From Lysobacterales bacterium (GTDB lineage Bacteria > Pseudomonadota > Gammaproteobacteria > Xanthomonadales > SZUA-5), in assembly GCA_022844165.1 (NCBI GenBank), contig JALHMH010000011.1:32001-96000 (forward strand): a stretch of DNA of 64,000 bases, written 5' to 3'. Positions 16,304 to 26,425 of the stretch are shown piece after piece. Position 1 is the stretch's first letter, and each line of letters opens with the position of its first letter. The notes under the pieces are model-generated. The model was given only the letters and a program-made list of their open reading frames with translations. It had not been told where the DNA came from and did not search any database. The position numbers and the translations under genes are program-made.

Positions 16304-17644
16304 ATGAATCGTCGTCGTTTTCTGGAGAACACGTTTCAAGCGGGTTTGGCCGCTTCTCTGGGCACCGCGCTCGGATGTGGCAGCAGGCGCGCACAAACCA
16401 AGCGCAATTTCTTGCGCCCCGTGCTGGACGCCACAACAGGCCTTCCGCTGCTGCACTTGCCACCGGATTTTCGTTATTTCTCGTTCGGTTGGGCCGATGA
16501 GGCGTTGGATGGCGGCGGCGTCATTCCCGGGGCGGCCGATGGAATGGGTATTGTTGCCGCGAACGGTCAACGCCTGACGTTGATCCGGAACCACGAGATC
16601 ACCCATGCGCGAGGCGCCTTTGCCTCAACAGTGCGTGCATACGACGAGCGATGCGGCGGTGGCTGTGTGCGACTGGTTCTGGATTTGAACGAGGAGAAGG
16701 TGCTTCGCAAAGAAGCGGCTCTGACTGGCACACTCATTAATTGTGCCGGTGGCATCACGTCGAACCACAGCTGGCTGAGCTGCGAGGAAATCGTCATTGC
16801 GCAGGACGTGCGCAGCGATGACGCGCGCATGGCGCGGGAGATGGGTCTGCAAGAGTCGCACGGTTGGGTGTTTGAGGTACCGAGCGAAGGGCCGTCAAGC
16901 GCCGAACCTATCCGTGGTATGGGCATTTTTCGCCATGAAGCAACGACCGAGGACGCCGCTGGCAACGTCTACCTGACCGAAGATCGCGATTCGGCATGTG
17001 GATTCTATCGATTTACGCCAGAAACCCGGGGGCGCTATCGGTCTGGTCGACTGGAAATGCTCGAAGCGGTCGGCGCGCGGGATCTGCGCGGCGCAATCGC
17101 AAACGGCACTCGCTTTGATGTCCGCTGGGTGCCGATTGACGATCCGGAACGTGCGCACTGGGCCGATCGCGACCAAGGCGGTGTGGTGATGCAGGGCATT
17201 GCGGCGGGCGGCACAAAGTTCTTACGCCTCGAAGGCTGTTTGACAACCAGCGAAGGCATCTGGTTCACATCGACCAGTGGTGGCAGCACGGGCGGCGGTC
17301 AAGTGTGGCGTTTCGATCCGAGGGACCAAACGCTGACCCTGGAACATGATGTGGCCGATCGCGATGTGCTTGACTACCCGGACAACATCGCGACCGGACT
17401 GGGCAATGGACTGGTATTGTGCGAGGACAGCAAGCGCCGTGCGCACCAGAAGTTGATGTGGTTATCGCGCAGCGGTTCGTTGATCACCATCGCCGAGAAC
17501 CACGCTGTTATAGACGGTCGCGACCTCGGTTCCGCCGAATGGGCCGGCGCGTGCGTTTCGCCCGACGGCAAATGGCTGATTGCCAATCTGTACACGCCTG
17601 GCTATAGCGTCGCGATCACCGGCCCCTGGGAGGCGCTTCTCTAG
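16304..17644 (+). CDS. phoX: Tat-exported PhoX-family (DUF839) alkaline phosphatase
   Basis: MNRRRFL twin-Arg signal; LIRNHE, NCAGG, WLSCEE, MGIFRHEA, YLTED, RLEG, PDNI, LCED and SAEWAGACVSPDG motifs. Confidence 0.85.
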   Translation: MNRRRFLENTFQAGLAASLGTALGCGSRRAQTKRNFLRPVLDATTGLPLLHLPPDFRYFSFGWADEALDGGGVIPGAADGMGIVAANGQRLTLIRNHEITHARGAFASTVRAYDERCGGGCVRLVLDLNEEKVLRKEAALTGTLINCAGGITSNHSWLSCEEIVIAQDVRSDDARMAREMGLQESHGWVFEVPSEGPSSAEPIRGMGIFRHEATTEDAAGNVYLTEDRDSACGFYRFTPETRGRYRSGRLEMLEAVGARDLRGAIANGTRFDVRWVPIDDPERAHWADRDQGGVVMQGIAAGGTKFLRLEGCLTTSEGIWFTSTSGGSTGGGQVWRFDPRDQTLTLEHDVADRDVLDYPDNIATGLGNGLVLCEDSKRRAHQKLMWLSRSGSLITIAENHAVIDGRDLGSAEWAGACVSPDGKWLIANLYTPGYSVAITGPWEALL

Positions 17645-17822
17645 AGTCCTTGACGGAGCCGGATCTTGTCAATTGAGTCTGTTTCTTCGGAGCGGCTTTG
17701 GCTTTGGCAGCCCCCTTAAATGAGGGGGGCGATTGAGCGCGCAGCGCTCGATGGGGGTTGTGGCAAGTACGCTGTCTGGCGAAGCCAACAATGCTCGGCG
17801 GTCTGAGGCGAAGCCTCGCTAG
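17641..17822 (+). repeat. Copy 2 of modular REP/MITE-like repeat, flanked by a CTAG direct repeat
   Basis: CTAGAGTCCTTGAC...TGAGGCGAAGCCTCG-CTAG; aligns end to end with 47877-48133 except for an internal module. Confidence 0.92.
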
Positions 17823-17826
17823 CGAT

Positions 17827-17844
17827 TGCGGGTTGCAACCCGCA
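17827..17844. repeat. REP-like perfect palindrome TGCGGGTTGCAACCCGCA
   Basis: Read directly between repeat copy 2 and the dxs stop codon. Confidence 0.6.
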
Positions 17845-17851
17845 GTCACGC

Positions 17852-19747
17852 CTAAGCCACTGCGCGCAGCGGCAACACGAAACGCTCGCGTATCGATCGG
17901 GCAATTCCGCTGCTATCGAGCCCTAATTGACTGAGGAGCTTTGCCGGGTCGCCATGCTCGACAAAAATGTCTGGCAAGCCGAGTTGCAGTGTTGCAACGG
18001 CCAGGCCAGCCTGGGCGATCGCTTCAAGGCACGCACTGCCAGCCCCACCCATGATGGCACCCTCTTCGAGGGTGACGACGGCGTCATGGCTGCGGGCCAA
18101 ATCCAGAACCAAGTCGACGTCGAGTGGTTTGACGAAGCGCATGTTGGCCACCGTGGCGTCGAGATCGTCTGCAGCCGCCAGCGCTGGCGCAAGCAGGGAG
18201 CCGAAGACCAAGAGTGCAATACGGCGACCGGCGCCTGCTGCCGTGCGCCTCCGGAGTTCGCCTTTGCCCCAGGGCAGGGTCTGAAGCGAGCTTGCCACCT
18301 GGGCGCCAGGACCGCTGCCGCGTGGGTAGCGCACCGCCGCCGGACCGTTATGCAAAAAAGCGGTCGATAGCAAGGCGCGGCATTCTGCTTCGTCGGCAGG
18401 CGTCAGCACGGCGACATTGGGGACGCAACGAAGATAGGGTATATCGAACGCGCCGCAATGCGTGGGGCCATCGGCGCCGACGATGCCGGCCCGATCGAGC
18501 GCGAAAGTGACCGGCAGGTTTTGCAAGGCAACATCGTGTATCAGCTGATCGTAGGCGCGTTGCAAAAAAGTGGAATAAATGGCGACGACCGGTTTGAGTC
18601 CTTCGCAGGCCAATCCAGCGGCGAATGTAACGGCATGTTGCTCGGCAATGCCGACATCGAAATAGCGCTTGGGAAAGCGCTGTTCGAACTCGACCATGCC
18701 AGAGCCTTCGCGCATGGCCGGGGTGATGCCGACGAGTCGTTCGTCAGCGGCCGCCATGTCGCACAGCCACTGGCCGAAGATCTGCGTGTATGTTTGTTTG
18801 CTGGCTTTGGCCGGTCGGATGCCTTCGCTTGGATTGAACTTGCCAGGGCCGTGGTAGAGCACCGGGTCCGCTTCGGCCAGTTTGTAACCTTGACCCTTCT
18901 TGGTGACCACGTGCAAAAACTGCGGCCCATCGCCTTCGCGAACGCGCGCACGGATGTTCTGCAAGGTCGGGATCAGCGAATCCAGATCGTGGCCATCGAT
19001 CGGGCCAATATAGTTGAACCCGAACTCCTCAAAAATCGTCGCAGGAACGACCATGCCTTTTGCATGTTCCTCCAATCGCCGCGCGAACTCGTAAAGCGGG
19101 GGCGCAATCGACAGCGCTTTGGCGATGCCTTTCTTGGTGTGGGCATAAAACTGGCCACTCATCAGGCGCGCGAGATAACGATTCAACGCTCCGACCGGCG
19201 GCGAAATCGACATATCGTTGTCGTTCAACACCACGATCAGCGGCAATTCGCTGTCTGGCCCGACGTTGTTCATCGCCTCAAAGGCCATGCCCGCCGTCAT
19301 TGCGCCATCGCCAATGACTGCGACGACCTGCCGACGCAGATCGCCCGTGATTGCGCTTGCGGCGGCCATGCCCAGGCCCGCCGAAATCGATGTGCTTGAG
19401 TGTGCCGTGCCGAAGGCATCGTATTGGCTCTCTTCACGTCGCGGAAAGCCGGAGATGCCACCGAGCTGGCGCAGGCTCGACATCTGTGCTCGGCGCCCGG
19501 TCAAGATCTTGTGCGGGTAACTTTGGTGCCCAACATCCCAAATCAGACGATCGTGGGGCGTGTCGAACACATAGTGCAGCGCAATGGTCAGCTCGACCGT
19601 GCCCAGGTTCGATGACAAATGCCCGCCCGTTTGCGACACCGAGTCGAGCACGAACTGACGAAGTTCATCCGCCAGGGTGTGGAGTTGTTCGCGCGCCAGA
19701 CGGCGCAATATGGAGGGATCGTCAATCGTGGGCAGAATGTCGGACAT
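17852..19747 (-). CDS. dxs: 1-deoxy-D-xylulose-5-phosphate synthase
   Basis: [34 protein letters not shown]...LNDN TPP motif, [31 protein letters not shown]. Confidence 0.97.
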   Translation of the reverse strand: MSDILPTIDDPSILRRLAREQLHTLADELRQFVLDSVSQTGGHLSSNLGTVELTIALHYVFDTPHDRLIWDVGHQSYPHKILTGRRAQMSSLRQLGGISGFPRREESQYDAFGTAHSSTSISAGLGMAAASAITGDLRRQVVAVIGDGAMTAGMAFEAMNNVGPDSELPLIVVLNDNDMSISPPVGALNRYLARLMSGQFYAHTKKGIAKALSIAPPLYEFARRLEEHAKGMVVPATIFEEFGFNYIGPIDGHDLDSLIPTLQNIRARVREGDGPQFLHVVTKKGQGYKLAEADPVLYHGPGKFNPSEGIRPAKASKQTYTQIFGQWLCDMAAADERLVGITPAMREGSGMVEFEQRFPKRYFDVGIAEQHAVTFAAGLACEGLKPVVAIYSTFLQRAYDQLIHDVALQNLPVTFALDRAGIVGADGPTHCGAFDIPYLRCVPNVAVLTPADEAECRALLSTAFLHNGPAAVRYPRGSGPGAQVASSLQTLPWGKGELRRRTAAGAGRRIALLVFGSLLAPALAAADDLDATVANMRFVKPLDVDLVLDLARSHDAVVTLEEGAIMGGAGSACLEAIAQAGLAVATLQLGLPDIFVEHGDPAKLLSQLGLDSSGIARSIRERFVLPLRAVA

Positions 19748-19865
19748 CGAACGGCTCAGATTTTTTGTAGTGGAACCGTAGCACCGTTGCCATAGACGAG
19801 GAAAGGGCGCTACAAAGACGGTCTCAGGCGCCGTTGGAAATCGATGTCCGGCAAGCTGTTTGGCG

Positions 19866-22013
19866 TCAGGCCAGCAAACTCACATCCGCTGTCTGAAGGA
19901 AGCTTTCGGCCACACGTTTGAGCAGCGCCTGTCGATTGGCGCGTACCGAGGGATCCTCTGCCATCACCATGACACCATCGAAGAAGGCGTTGATCGGCGA
20001 CTGCAATTGCGCCAATTGGGTCAAGCCTTCGACATACTCGCCACGGGCGAAAGCCGGTTCGGCGATTGCGAGAGCCTGCATCAGGCTGGCGTGGAGCGAG
20101 TGTTCGGCCTGGTGTTGATAAAGGGCAGGGGTGGCCGCCAGCGGTAGTGTGCCACCAGCCTCTTCCGACTTGCGCAAAATGTTGCGAATGCGTTTGTTTG
20201 CAGCCACCAGATTCTCGCAGGCTGGCAGCGCTTTGAAGGCCAGCACGGCTTTGAGGCGTCGATCAAAATCGACCAGGTCATGTGGGCGGCGCGCTGCGAC
20301 GGCGTCGAACACGTCCTGCGTGACACCCGCCTCAGTGTAGTAGGCGCGTGTGCGTTCCAGGATGAACTCGTATAGCTCGTCGACCGCTGGCGCGCTCAGA
20401 CGATCGGCAAGTTTTCCCAACAGGCCATGATCGAAGCTCTGGTTCGCGACTTTGGTCAAATAGTCCTTCAAGCTCTGCGCTGGCACGCCGATGATGGCTT
20501 TTTCGAGCATCGTCGGCAGGTCGATTCGTATTCCAGATTCGATCAGCGTACGGGCCAAACCGAGGGCCGCCCGGCGCAGCGCGAAAGGGTCTTTGTTGCC
20601 CGTGGGTTTGATACCAACGGCAAAAATACTGGCCAGTGTGTCGAGGCGTTCGGCAAGGGCCAGCACTTGCCCAAGCGCTGAAGACGCGATCGGCGACGCC
20701 GATTGCCTCGGAGCGTACGCTTCGTCAAGGGCGATCGCCAGCGATTCGCTGTGCCCCTGCGCCAGCGCGTAGGCCCGTCCCATTTGCCCTTGAAGTTCCG
20801 GGAATTCGCCGACCATGCGGCTCATCAGGTCGGCCTTGGCGAGCATGGCGGCCGCAGCAGCGTCATCGGGGTCGATGCCAGCCGCTGGCGCTATGGCGCG
20901 CGCCAGGGCAGCAACGCGCACGGCCTTGTCGTACACGCTGCCAAGTTTCTGCTGATAGGTGACCGTTTTCAGTGCATCCAGGTGCTCGGCGAGTGGCTGT
21001 TTCAGATCCTGGTCGAAGAAAAACGCTGCGTCTGCAAGCCGCGGTCTGACGACCCGTTCGTAACCCTTGCGGATCTCGTCAGGGTCTTTGCTGGCGATAT
21101 TCGCTACGCCGACGAAGCTGGGTAGTAGCCTGCCGTGATCACCGACCACGGGGAAAAACCGCTGGTGGGTTTCGATCGTCGTGACGATCACCGCTTCCGG
21201 CAGCCGCATGAACTCGACCGGCAACGTGCAACCGATCGCGCACGGCCACTCTGTCAGATTGCTGACTTCATCGATCAGGTCGTCAGGCAGGCGCGGTTCG
21301 CCGCCGAGCGAGCGGGCAGCGAGTATCACTTCGTTGCGCACGCGATCGCGGCGCACCGCGGGGTCCACGATCACGTGCACCGCGAACAGGGCATCGATGT
21401 AAACACCCGGCGAGGGGATGGACAGCTCCCCCGGGCTATGGAATCGATGCCCGCGTGTGCGCCGTCCACTGTGCATGCCATAAACCTGTGCTGGAACAAC
21501 CGCATCGCCGAGTAAGGCAATCAGGCCGTGCACCGGGCGCAGGAAGGCGTCGTCGCGATCCGCCCAGCGCATGGGTTTTCCAAGCGGTAGCGACTTCAGG
21601 CTGTCTTCGATGATCGACGGCAGCGCATCCAGAGTCAGTGCGCCCGGCTTTACCTGACGGTGCACCCACCAGGCGCCCTTGTCGGTTTCGAGTTTCTGCA
21701 AGCCATCAATGGCGACGCCGCAGGACTGTGCGAAGCCGAGCAGAGCTTTTCCAGGAGTTCCGTCGATCGTCGATCCGGCGACCGCCGGGCCGCGCTTTTC
21801 CAGAGTTTGTTCCGGCTGCTGCAATGCTACGCCGTCGATGCAGACTGCGATGCGCCGCGGCGTATACAACGATCGCCCGGCGCCATGGGCGATAGCGCTC
21901 TTTTTCAGGCGCGATGTCAGATTGGCGAGCAGACCATCGGCGAGTTCGCGGACCGCCTTGGCCGGCAGTTCTTCACACAAAAGTTCAACTAACAAGTCGG
22001 CGTGGGCAGTCAT
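19866..22013 (-). CDS. glyS: Glycine--tRNA ligase beta subunit
   Basis: [73 protein letters not shown]. Confidence 0.97.
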   Translation of the reverse strand: MTAHADLLVELLCEELPAKAVRELADGLLANLTSRLKKSAIAHGAGRSLYTPRRIAVCIDGVALQQPEQTLEKRGPAVAGSTIDGTPGKALLGFAQSCGVAIDGLQKLETDKGAWWVHRQVKPGALTLDALPSIIEDSLKSLPLGKPMRWADRDDAFLRPVHGLIALLGDAVVPAQVYGMHSGRRTRGHRFHSPGELSIPSPGVYIDALFAVHVIVDPAVRRDRVRNEVILAARSLGGEPRLPDDLIDEVSNLTEWPCAIGCTLPVEFMRLPEAVIVTTIETHQRFFPVVGDHGRLLPSFVGVANIASKDPDEIRKGYERVVRPRLADAAFFFDQDLKQPLAEHLDALKTVTYQQKLGSVYDKAVRVAALARAIAPAAGIDPDDAAAAAMLAKADLMSRMVGEFPELQGQMGRAYALAQGHSESLAIALDEAYAPRQSASPIASSALGQVLALAERLDTLASIFAVGIKPTGNKDPFALRRAALGLARTLIESGIRIDLPTMLEKAIIGVPAQSLKDYLTKVANQSFDHGLLGKLADRLSAPAVDELYEFILERTRAYYTEAGVTQDVFDAVAARRPHDLVDFDRRLKAVLAFKALPACENLVAANKRIRNILRKSEEAGGTLPLAATPALYQHQAEHSLHASLMQALAIAEPAFARGEYVEGLTQLAQLQSPINAFFDGVMVMAEDPSVRANRQALLKRVAESFLQTADVSLLA

Positions 22014-22447
22014 TCGTCGTCCATCACAGCGGTAAAGAATGGGTTGTGCACGGCGATGCCGAAATAGGATTGGCCGTGGTTCAAATCTTCAGAGTAGATC
22101 ACTTTGCAACTGCCGCGCTCGGCGGCGGCAACGATGAGACTGTCCCACCACGACAACTGATAACGTGCTCTGGCATCGAGTGCTCGCCGGATCATCGCGA
22201 AATCCGGCGTCACCAGCTGGCAATCTCGATAGCGTTCCAGGTAGTCGCGAATTTCCCCGGTTGAGAATGGAAGGCGCCGCTTCGACAGCGCGGCGACGGT
22301 TTCGATCAGGACTTGAGGCGATAGCACCAGGCAATTGGCAGCGATCAGGTCTGCGATCAGACCGAAAGCGACGGGCTGTTTGTGGAGTGCATCAATGTCC
22401 AGTGCGTAAACCAGAACGTTAGTGTCAACGAAGCACGGGCCGGTCAT
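22010..22447 (-). CDS. PIN-domain (VapC-like) toxin
   Basis: FVDTNVLVY, SPQVLIE, LSWWDSLIVAAA, IYSEDL and VHNPF; the conserved acidic PIN residues are present. Confidence 0.9.
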   Translation of the reverse strand: MTGPCFVDTNVLVYALDIDALHKQPVAFGLIADLIAANCLVLSPQVLIETVAALSKRRLPFSTGEIRDYLERYRDCQLVTPDFAMIRRALDARARYQLSWWDSLIVAAAERGSCKVIYSEDLNHGQSYFGIAVHNPFFTAVMDDE

Positions 22448-22670
22448 ACAAGGACTCGCGGTCAAATTTTTCGCCGCCTGCCGAGCGCGCCAGTTTGCGC
22501 ACAACGCGCCGGAATTCTTCGGCGCGCGCCTGAGCCGAAGAATCCGCCTCACGCGCCAGCTTGTGCAGATGCTCGCGGAGCATTTGTGTCACTGTTGTGT
22601 TGCGCTCGGCGGCAAGTTTGCGAACCCGGTGCAAGACATCTTCATTCACCGAAAGCGTCAGGTTCTTCAT
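22425..22670 (-). CDS. Ribbon-helix-helix antitoxin (DUF6364/CopG-like)
   Basis: MKNLTLSVNEDVLHRVRKLAAERNTTVTQMLREHL...KFDRESLYDR; overlaps the PIN gene start. Confidence 0.85.
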   Translation of the reverse strand: MKNLTLSVNEDVLHRVRKLAAERNTTVTQMLREHLHKLAREADSSAQARAEEFRRVVRKLARSAGGEKFDRESLYDRPVLR

Positions 22671-22677
22671 GACCCAA

Positions 22678-22692
22678 AAACTTAATAAGTTT
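22678..22692. promoter_or_regulatory. Palindrome AAACTTA-A-TAAGTTT, putative TA autoregulatory operator
   Basis: AT-rich perfect inverted repeat 7 bp upstream of the antitoxin ATG, with a TATCAT -10-like hexamer just upstream on the minus strand. Confidence 0.55.
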
Positions 22693-22750
22693 CAGCAATG
22701 ATAGGCTTTTTCCGAGGACGATCAACAATTGAGCGGACTGAACGATCGCG

Positions 22751-23659
22751 TCAATTGTCTCTGGCGCTTGTGCTCGGCGCTGATTTCTCCTGAGTTTCCG
22801 CAACACCGCCGACATACGCCTCCGCCACACCCTTGGCGATCGTGCGCACGCGAAGGATGAAACGTTGACGCTCGGTCACCGAAATGGCGCGTCGGGCGTC
22901 GAGCAAGTTAAAGCAATGGCTGGCTTTGCACACCTGATCGTAGGCAGGAAGTGGCAGTCCAATGGCAGTCAAACGTTGTGCTTCGGATTCGTGATGGTCG
23001 AAAGCATGGAATAGCTCCGCCACGTTGGCTTCTTCGAAGTTGTAGCGGCTCTGTTCGACTTCGTTTTGATGGAACACGTCCCGGTAGGTGACCGTACCGA
23101 ACGGACCTGTCGTCCACACCAGATCGTAGACGTTTTCAACGTTTTGCAAGTACATCGCCAAACGTTCCAGTCCATAGGTGATTTCTCCGGTGACCGGCTT
23201 GCATTCAATGCCGCCGGCCTGCTGGAAGTAAGTGAACTGTGTCACCTCCATGCCATTGAGCCACACTTCCCAGCCCAGGCCCCATGCGCCCAGCGTCGGC
23301 GACTCCCAATTGTCTTCCACGAGGCGCAAGTCGTGCGTGAGCGGATCGATGCCGAGCGCTTTCAGCGAGCCAAAGTACAAATCGAGGATGTTCTTAGGGC
23401 TTGGCTTCAGAACGACCTGGTATTGATAGTAGTGCTGAAGGCGGTTCGGGTTTTCGCCGTACCGCCCGTCTGTTGGTCGTCGCGATGGCTGGACGTAAGC
23501 CGCATGCCAGGGTTTGGGACCGAGGCAGCGCAAAAAAGTGGCTGGGTGGAAGGTGCCGGCGCCCACCTCCGTGTCCAGTGGCTGGATGAGTACGCAGCCT
23601 TGGTCCGCCCAGTATTGGTTAAGGCGTTGGATGACATCTTGAAAGCTCGGCGCAGGCAT
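22751..23659 (-). CDS. glyQ: Glycine--tRNA ligase alpha subunit
   Basis: [69 protein letters not shown]. Confidence 0.98.
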   Translation of the reverse strand: MPAPSFQDVIQRLNQYWADQGCVLIQPLDTEVGAGTFHPATFLRCLGPKPWHAAYVQPSRRPTDGRYGENPNRLQHYYQYQVVLKPSPKNILDLYFGSLKALGIDPLTHDLRLVEDNWESPTLGAWGLGWEVWLNGMEVTQFTYFQQAGGIECKPVTGEITYGLERLAMYLQNVENVYDLVWTTGPFGTVTYRDVFHQNEVEQSRYNFEEANVAELFHAFDHHESEAQRLTAIGLPLPAYDQVCKASHCFNLLDARRAISVTERQRFILRVRTIAKGVAEAYVGGVAETQEKSAPSTSARDN

Positions 23660-23702
23660 GGTTCGAACGTTGAACGAAGATTCCCCATTCTCGCACGCCG
23701 GG

Positions 23703-24557
23703 CTACAAGCGCGTTGCAACGAATGCACCGACATCCTTCAGAACGGCCTCGTCCGCTGCACGGACACCAGGGTTTGCGGCGCTCGCTTCGAAGTACGCAG
23801 CGATTGTGATAACGCGACCTTGATGCCAGATCACGGCAATGTCGTTGATCTTGTCGTGCATCACATCAGCGAGACCGGTGCCGGTTTTATCGCCTGCGAC
23901 GATGTTCTCGGGCAAGCCGGCGCGCAATCGGCGCAGGCCGGTTTGGGTTTCGATCATCCAGCGCCGGAGGGTTTCTTGTGCCGTCGCGGATACCCCATCG
24001 GCACTGAACAGGTGCGCCAATAGCCCAGCCATGGCACGCGGGGTCGTTGTGTCGCGGACTTCACCGGGTGGAACCAGGTTCATCTCCGTTTCGTAACGGT
24101 CCAAGCGCGTCTTTGAATCGCCCATCTCGCGACAGAACTCGTTGAACGCGGCGGGGCCGCCCAGTTGGCGCAACAGCAAATTGGCGGCGAGGTTGTCGCT
24201 GGTTTTTTGTGCCGCTTCTGCCAGTTCGACGACGCGCATCGATTGGCCCAGGTACGGCTCGGTGCTCGGCATGTGCATGATCCGATCCGACTCGCGAATG
24301 GCGAGTCTTTTATTCAAGGAGATTTTTCCCTGATCGGCCCGGTGCAGCACCATTGCCGCCAACGCCAGCTTAAAGGTCGAACACAGTCCAAAACGTTCGT
24401 CCGCGCGATGGCCGGTGGACGTTTCGCCGTCATCGAGAAAGACGCCTAATCGACCACCCGAATGACGTTCTATGGCTGCGAGTTCGTTCTCCCTTGCATA
24501 GGCCAGCAGCGGCACAGTCAGGGCGGCACCGAGCAGGCCGCGACGCGATAAGTTCAT
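23703..24557 (-). CDS. bla: Class A beta-lactamase, Tat-type signal
   Basis: SRRGLL signal; CSTFK (SxxK), [13 protein letters not shown] (E166 omega loop), RDTTTP, DKTGT. Confidence 0.93.
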   Translation of the reverse strand: MNLSRRGLLGAALTVPLLAYARENELAAIERHSGGRLGVFLDDGETSTGHRADERFGLCSTFKLALAAMVLHRADQGKISLNKRLAIRESDRIMHMPSTEPYLGQSMRVVELAEAAQKTSDNLAANLLLRQLGGPAAFNEFCREMGDSKTRLDRYETEMNLVPPGEVRDTTTPRAMAGLLAHLFSADGVSATAQETLRRWMIETQTGLRRLRAGLPENIVAGDKTGTGLADVMHDKINDIAVIWHQGRVITIAAYFEASAANPGVRAADEAVLKDVGAFVATRL

Positions 24558-24691
24558 AGGTCCCCCAGTTGTGGAGACACCACGCTACGGTGAGCTTCGG
24601 CCGAATCTGTGGCGCTGGCGAGGCACAAATCAGACAAGCTTGAATGCAATCGGCGCTTCCACCGGGAACCTGGGCACGCTAAATTGCAGGC

Positions 24692-25330
24692 ATGACGCAA
24701 ATCCTGATCGCCGACGACCACCCGCTGTTTCGCCAGGCTTTGGCGATGAGCGTGCGTGCGGTGATCGATGCTGATGTGTCCGAAGCCGCCTCACTGGAGG
24801 CCGTGCATCGGAATCTGGGCGAACATCCCGATACCGACCTGTTACTGCTCGACTTGCATATGCCAGGTAGCCATGGGCTGGCGGGACTGGCTTCAGTGCG
24901 CTCGCGTCATCCTCAGGTCGCAGTGGCGATGGTGTCGGGAAACGATGATCCGACTGTCATGCGCAAAGCCCTTGCAGCGGGAGCGCAGGCCTTCATCCCC
25001 AAAAGCGCCCCGCCCGAGCAGCTGGGCGAGGCGTTACGCGCAGTGTTCGCATGCCAGGTTTGGCTGCCGCCCGGTGTTCGTATGATCGGCAGTGATCCGG
25101 AGATCGACAAGCTCGGGCGGCTGACGCCGCAGCAGTTTCGAGTATTGGAGTTGGTCGCCGGCGGTAAACTCAACAAGCAGATCGCCGATGCGCTAGGCAT
25201 TCAAGAACGGACCGTCAAAGCGCACCTTCAGGCGATCTTTGAGAAACTCGGTGTGCGCAATCGCACTCAGGCCGGCGTCGCCCTGCGCGAACTGGCGCTG
25301 GCTGATCCTTCGCGCGGCGATTTCGGATGA
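24692..25330 (+). CDS. NarL/LuxR-family response regulator (ErdR/CrbR-like)
   Basis: IADDHPLFR, LLLLDLHMPG, FIPKS, LTPQQFRVL...GKLNKQIA...ERTVKAH HTH. Confidence 0.92.
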   Translation: MTQILIADDHPLFRQALAMSVRAVIDADVSEAASLEAVHRNLGEHPDTDLLLLDLHMPGSHGLAGLASVRSRHPQVAVAMVSGNDDPTVMRKALAAGAQAFIPKSAPPEQLGEALRAVFACQVWLPPGVRMIGSDPEIDKLGRLTPQQFRVLELVAGGKLNKQIADALGIQERTVKAHLQAIFEKLGVRNRTQAGVALRELALADPSRGDFG

Positions 25331-25779
25331 TCGAGCAGGCGTTCACCGATCTGATCTTGCGTCACAACCGCTCGCCGCTGGGGCGCGCTCGAATCGAATT
25401 TCCGAGTTTCACGGCGCGCGGTGCGAACCCGCTCTGCGGCGACGAGCTGACGCTCGATGGTCTGATCATCGATGGCCAACTCGTTGCCCTCGGATACGAG
25501 ATCGAAGCCAGCGCTTTGACGTTGGCGTCGACCTCGATCATGGTTGAGCTGTCCCAGGGCCATAGCGTCAACGACGTGCGCGTCCTTTGCAGGGCAACGC
25601 TTGGCTACCTGGCTGGCGAAAACACCGCGCCGCGATCAGAACTGGAAGCATTCGCCAGCGTCTTAGGTTACCGAAATCGGCTGAAAACCCTGACGCTGCC
25701 ATGGGCGACCTTACACGGCGCGCTCGAAGGTCGTTTGGAGACCACTACGGAAATCGCCTTGAAAGGAGAATCACTGTGA
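25327..25779 (+). CDS. SufU/IscU-like (NifU_N) protein with degenerate Cys ligands
   Basis: LILRHNRSP...GANPLCGDEL...ASALTLASTSIM...RLKTLTLPW; ATGA overlap with the upstream regulator. Confidence 0.8.
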   Translation: MIEQAFTDLILRHNRSPLGRARIEFPSFTARGANPLCGDELTLDGLIIDGQLVALGYEIEASALTLASTSIMVELSQGHSVNDVRVLCRATLGYLAGENTAPRSELEAFASVLGYRNRLKTLTLPWATLHGALEGRLETTTEIALKGESL

Positions 25780-26096
25780 GCGACTGGACGCGCGCATGCG
25801 CTGTCGCTGACCTTCCGTCCGGCCTTTGCAAAGTTGTCGATGTCGAAGGCGTGGCGATGCTGGTCGTCAATGTCGATGGCGGGTTTCACTGCATCGAAGA
25901 CGTTTGCACGCACGACGGTGGCGAGCTGGCCGGCGGCGCTTTGTGCGGATTTGAAATCGAATGCCCACGCCACGGCGCGCGATTCGATGTGCGCACGGGG
26001 GCGGCGCTGTGCCCGCCTGCCTATCAACCCACTGCGGTGTTTCCGATTAAGATCGAAGACGGACAGGTCTGGGTGCGAGACGATCGATGGGATTGA
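25776..26096 (+). CDS. Rieske-type [2Fe-2S] ferredoxin
   Basis: DVCTHDG and IECPRHGARFD motifs; GTG start overlapping the SufU stop, with an AAGGAG RBS. Confidence 0.92.
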   Translation: MSDWTRACAVADLPSGLCKVVDVEGVAMLVVNVDGGFHCIEDVCTHDGGELAGGALCGFEIECPRHGARFDVRTGAALCPPAYQPTAVFPIKIEDGQVWVRDDRWD

Positions 26097-26425
26097 AGCG
26101 CGCTTCGAATCACCTGCTGCGCGACGGCTGTACCGCGCTCGGTGGGGTCGCCTTGAAAGTGTGTCGATTCGGATGTGGCTCCCCCGATGTTCGAGGCTGA
26201 GTCAGGCGCGTTTGGCCGGCATGCCGGTCGCGACGGCGAACGCCCGGCAGCTTGCCGCCGGGTTGGTGTGGGGTCAGCAAAAGCGAGGTGTTCCGCAACG
26301 ATCATGGCCGCACAGTTTTCTTTTTTGCGCATGGCTTTCAGCCATGATCGTTGTGACACGCACGCGTCCGAGCGGAGCCGGCGATGCCCGGTGGTCTTGG
26401 ACGTAGCCTTGCCAGGTCTTGCGCA

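Noticed and set aside
19748-19865. Possible TPP riboswitch upstream of dxs (CTGAGA, TTTGTAG..CTACAAA stem)
   Set aside because: Lacks the conserved CCTGAT...AAT...GCGNAGGGA core; a cmsearch with RF00059 would settle it.
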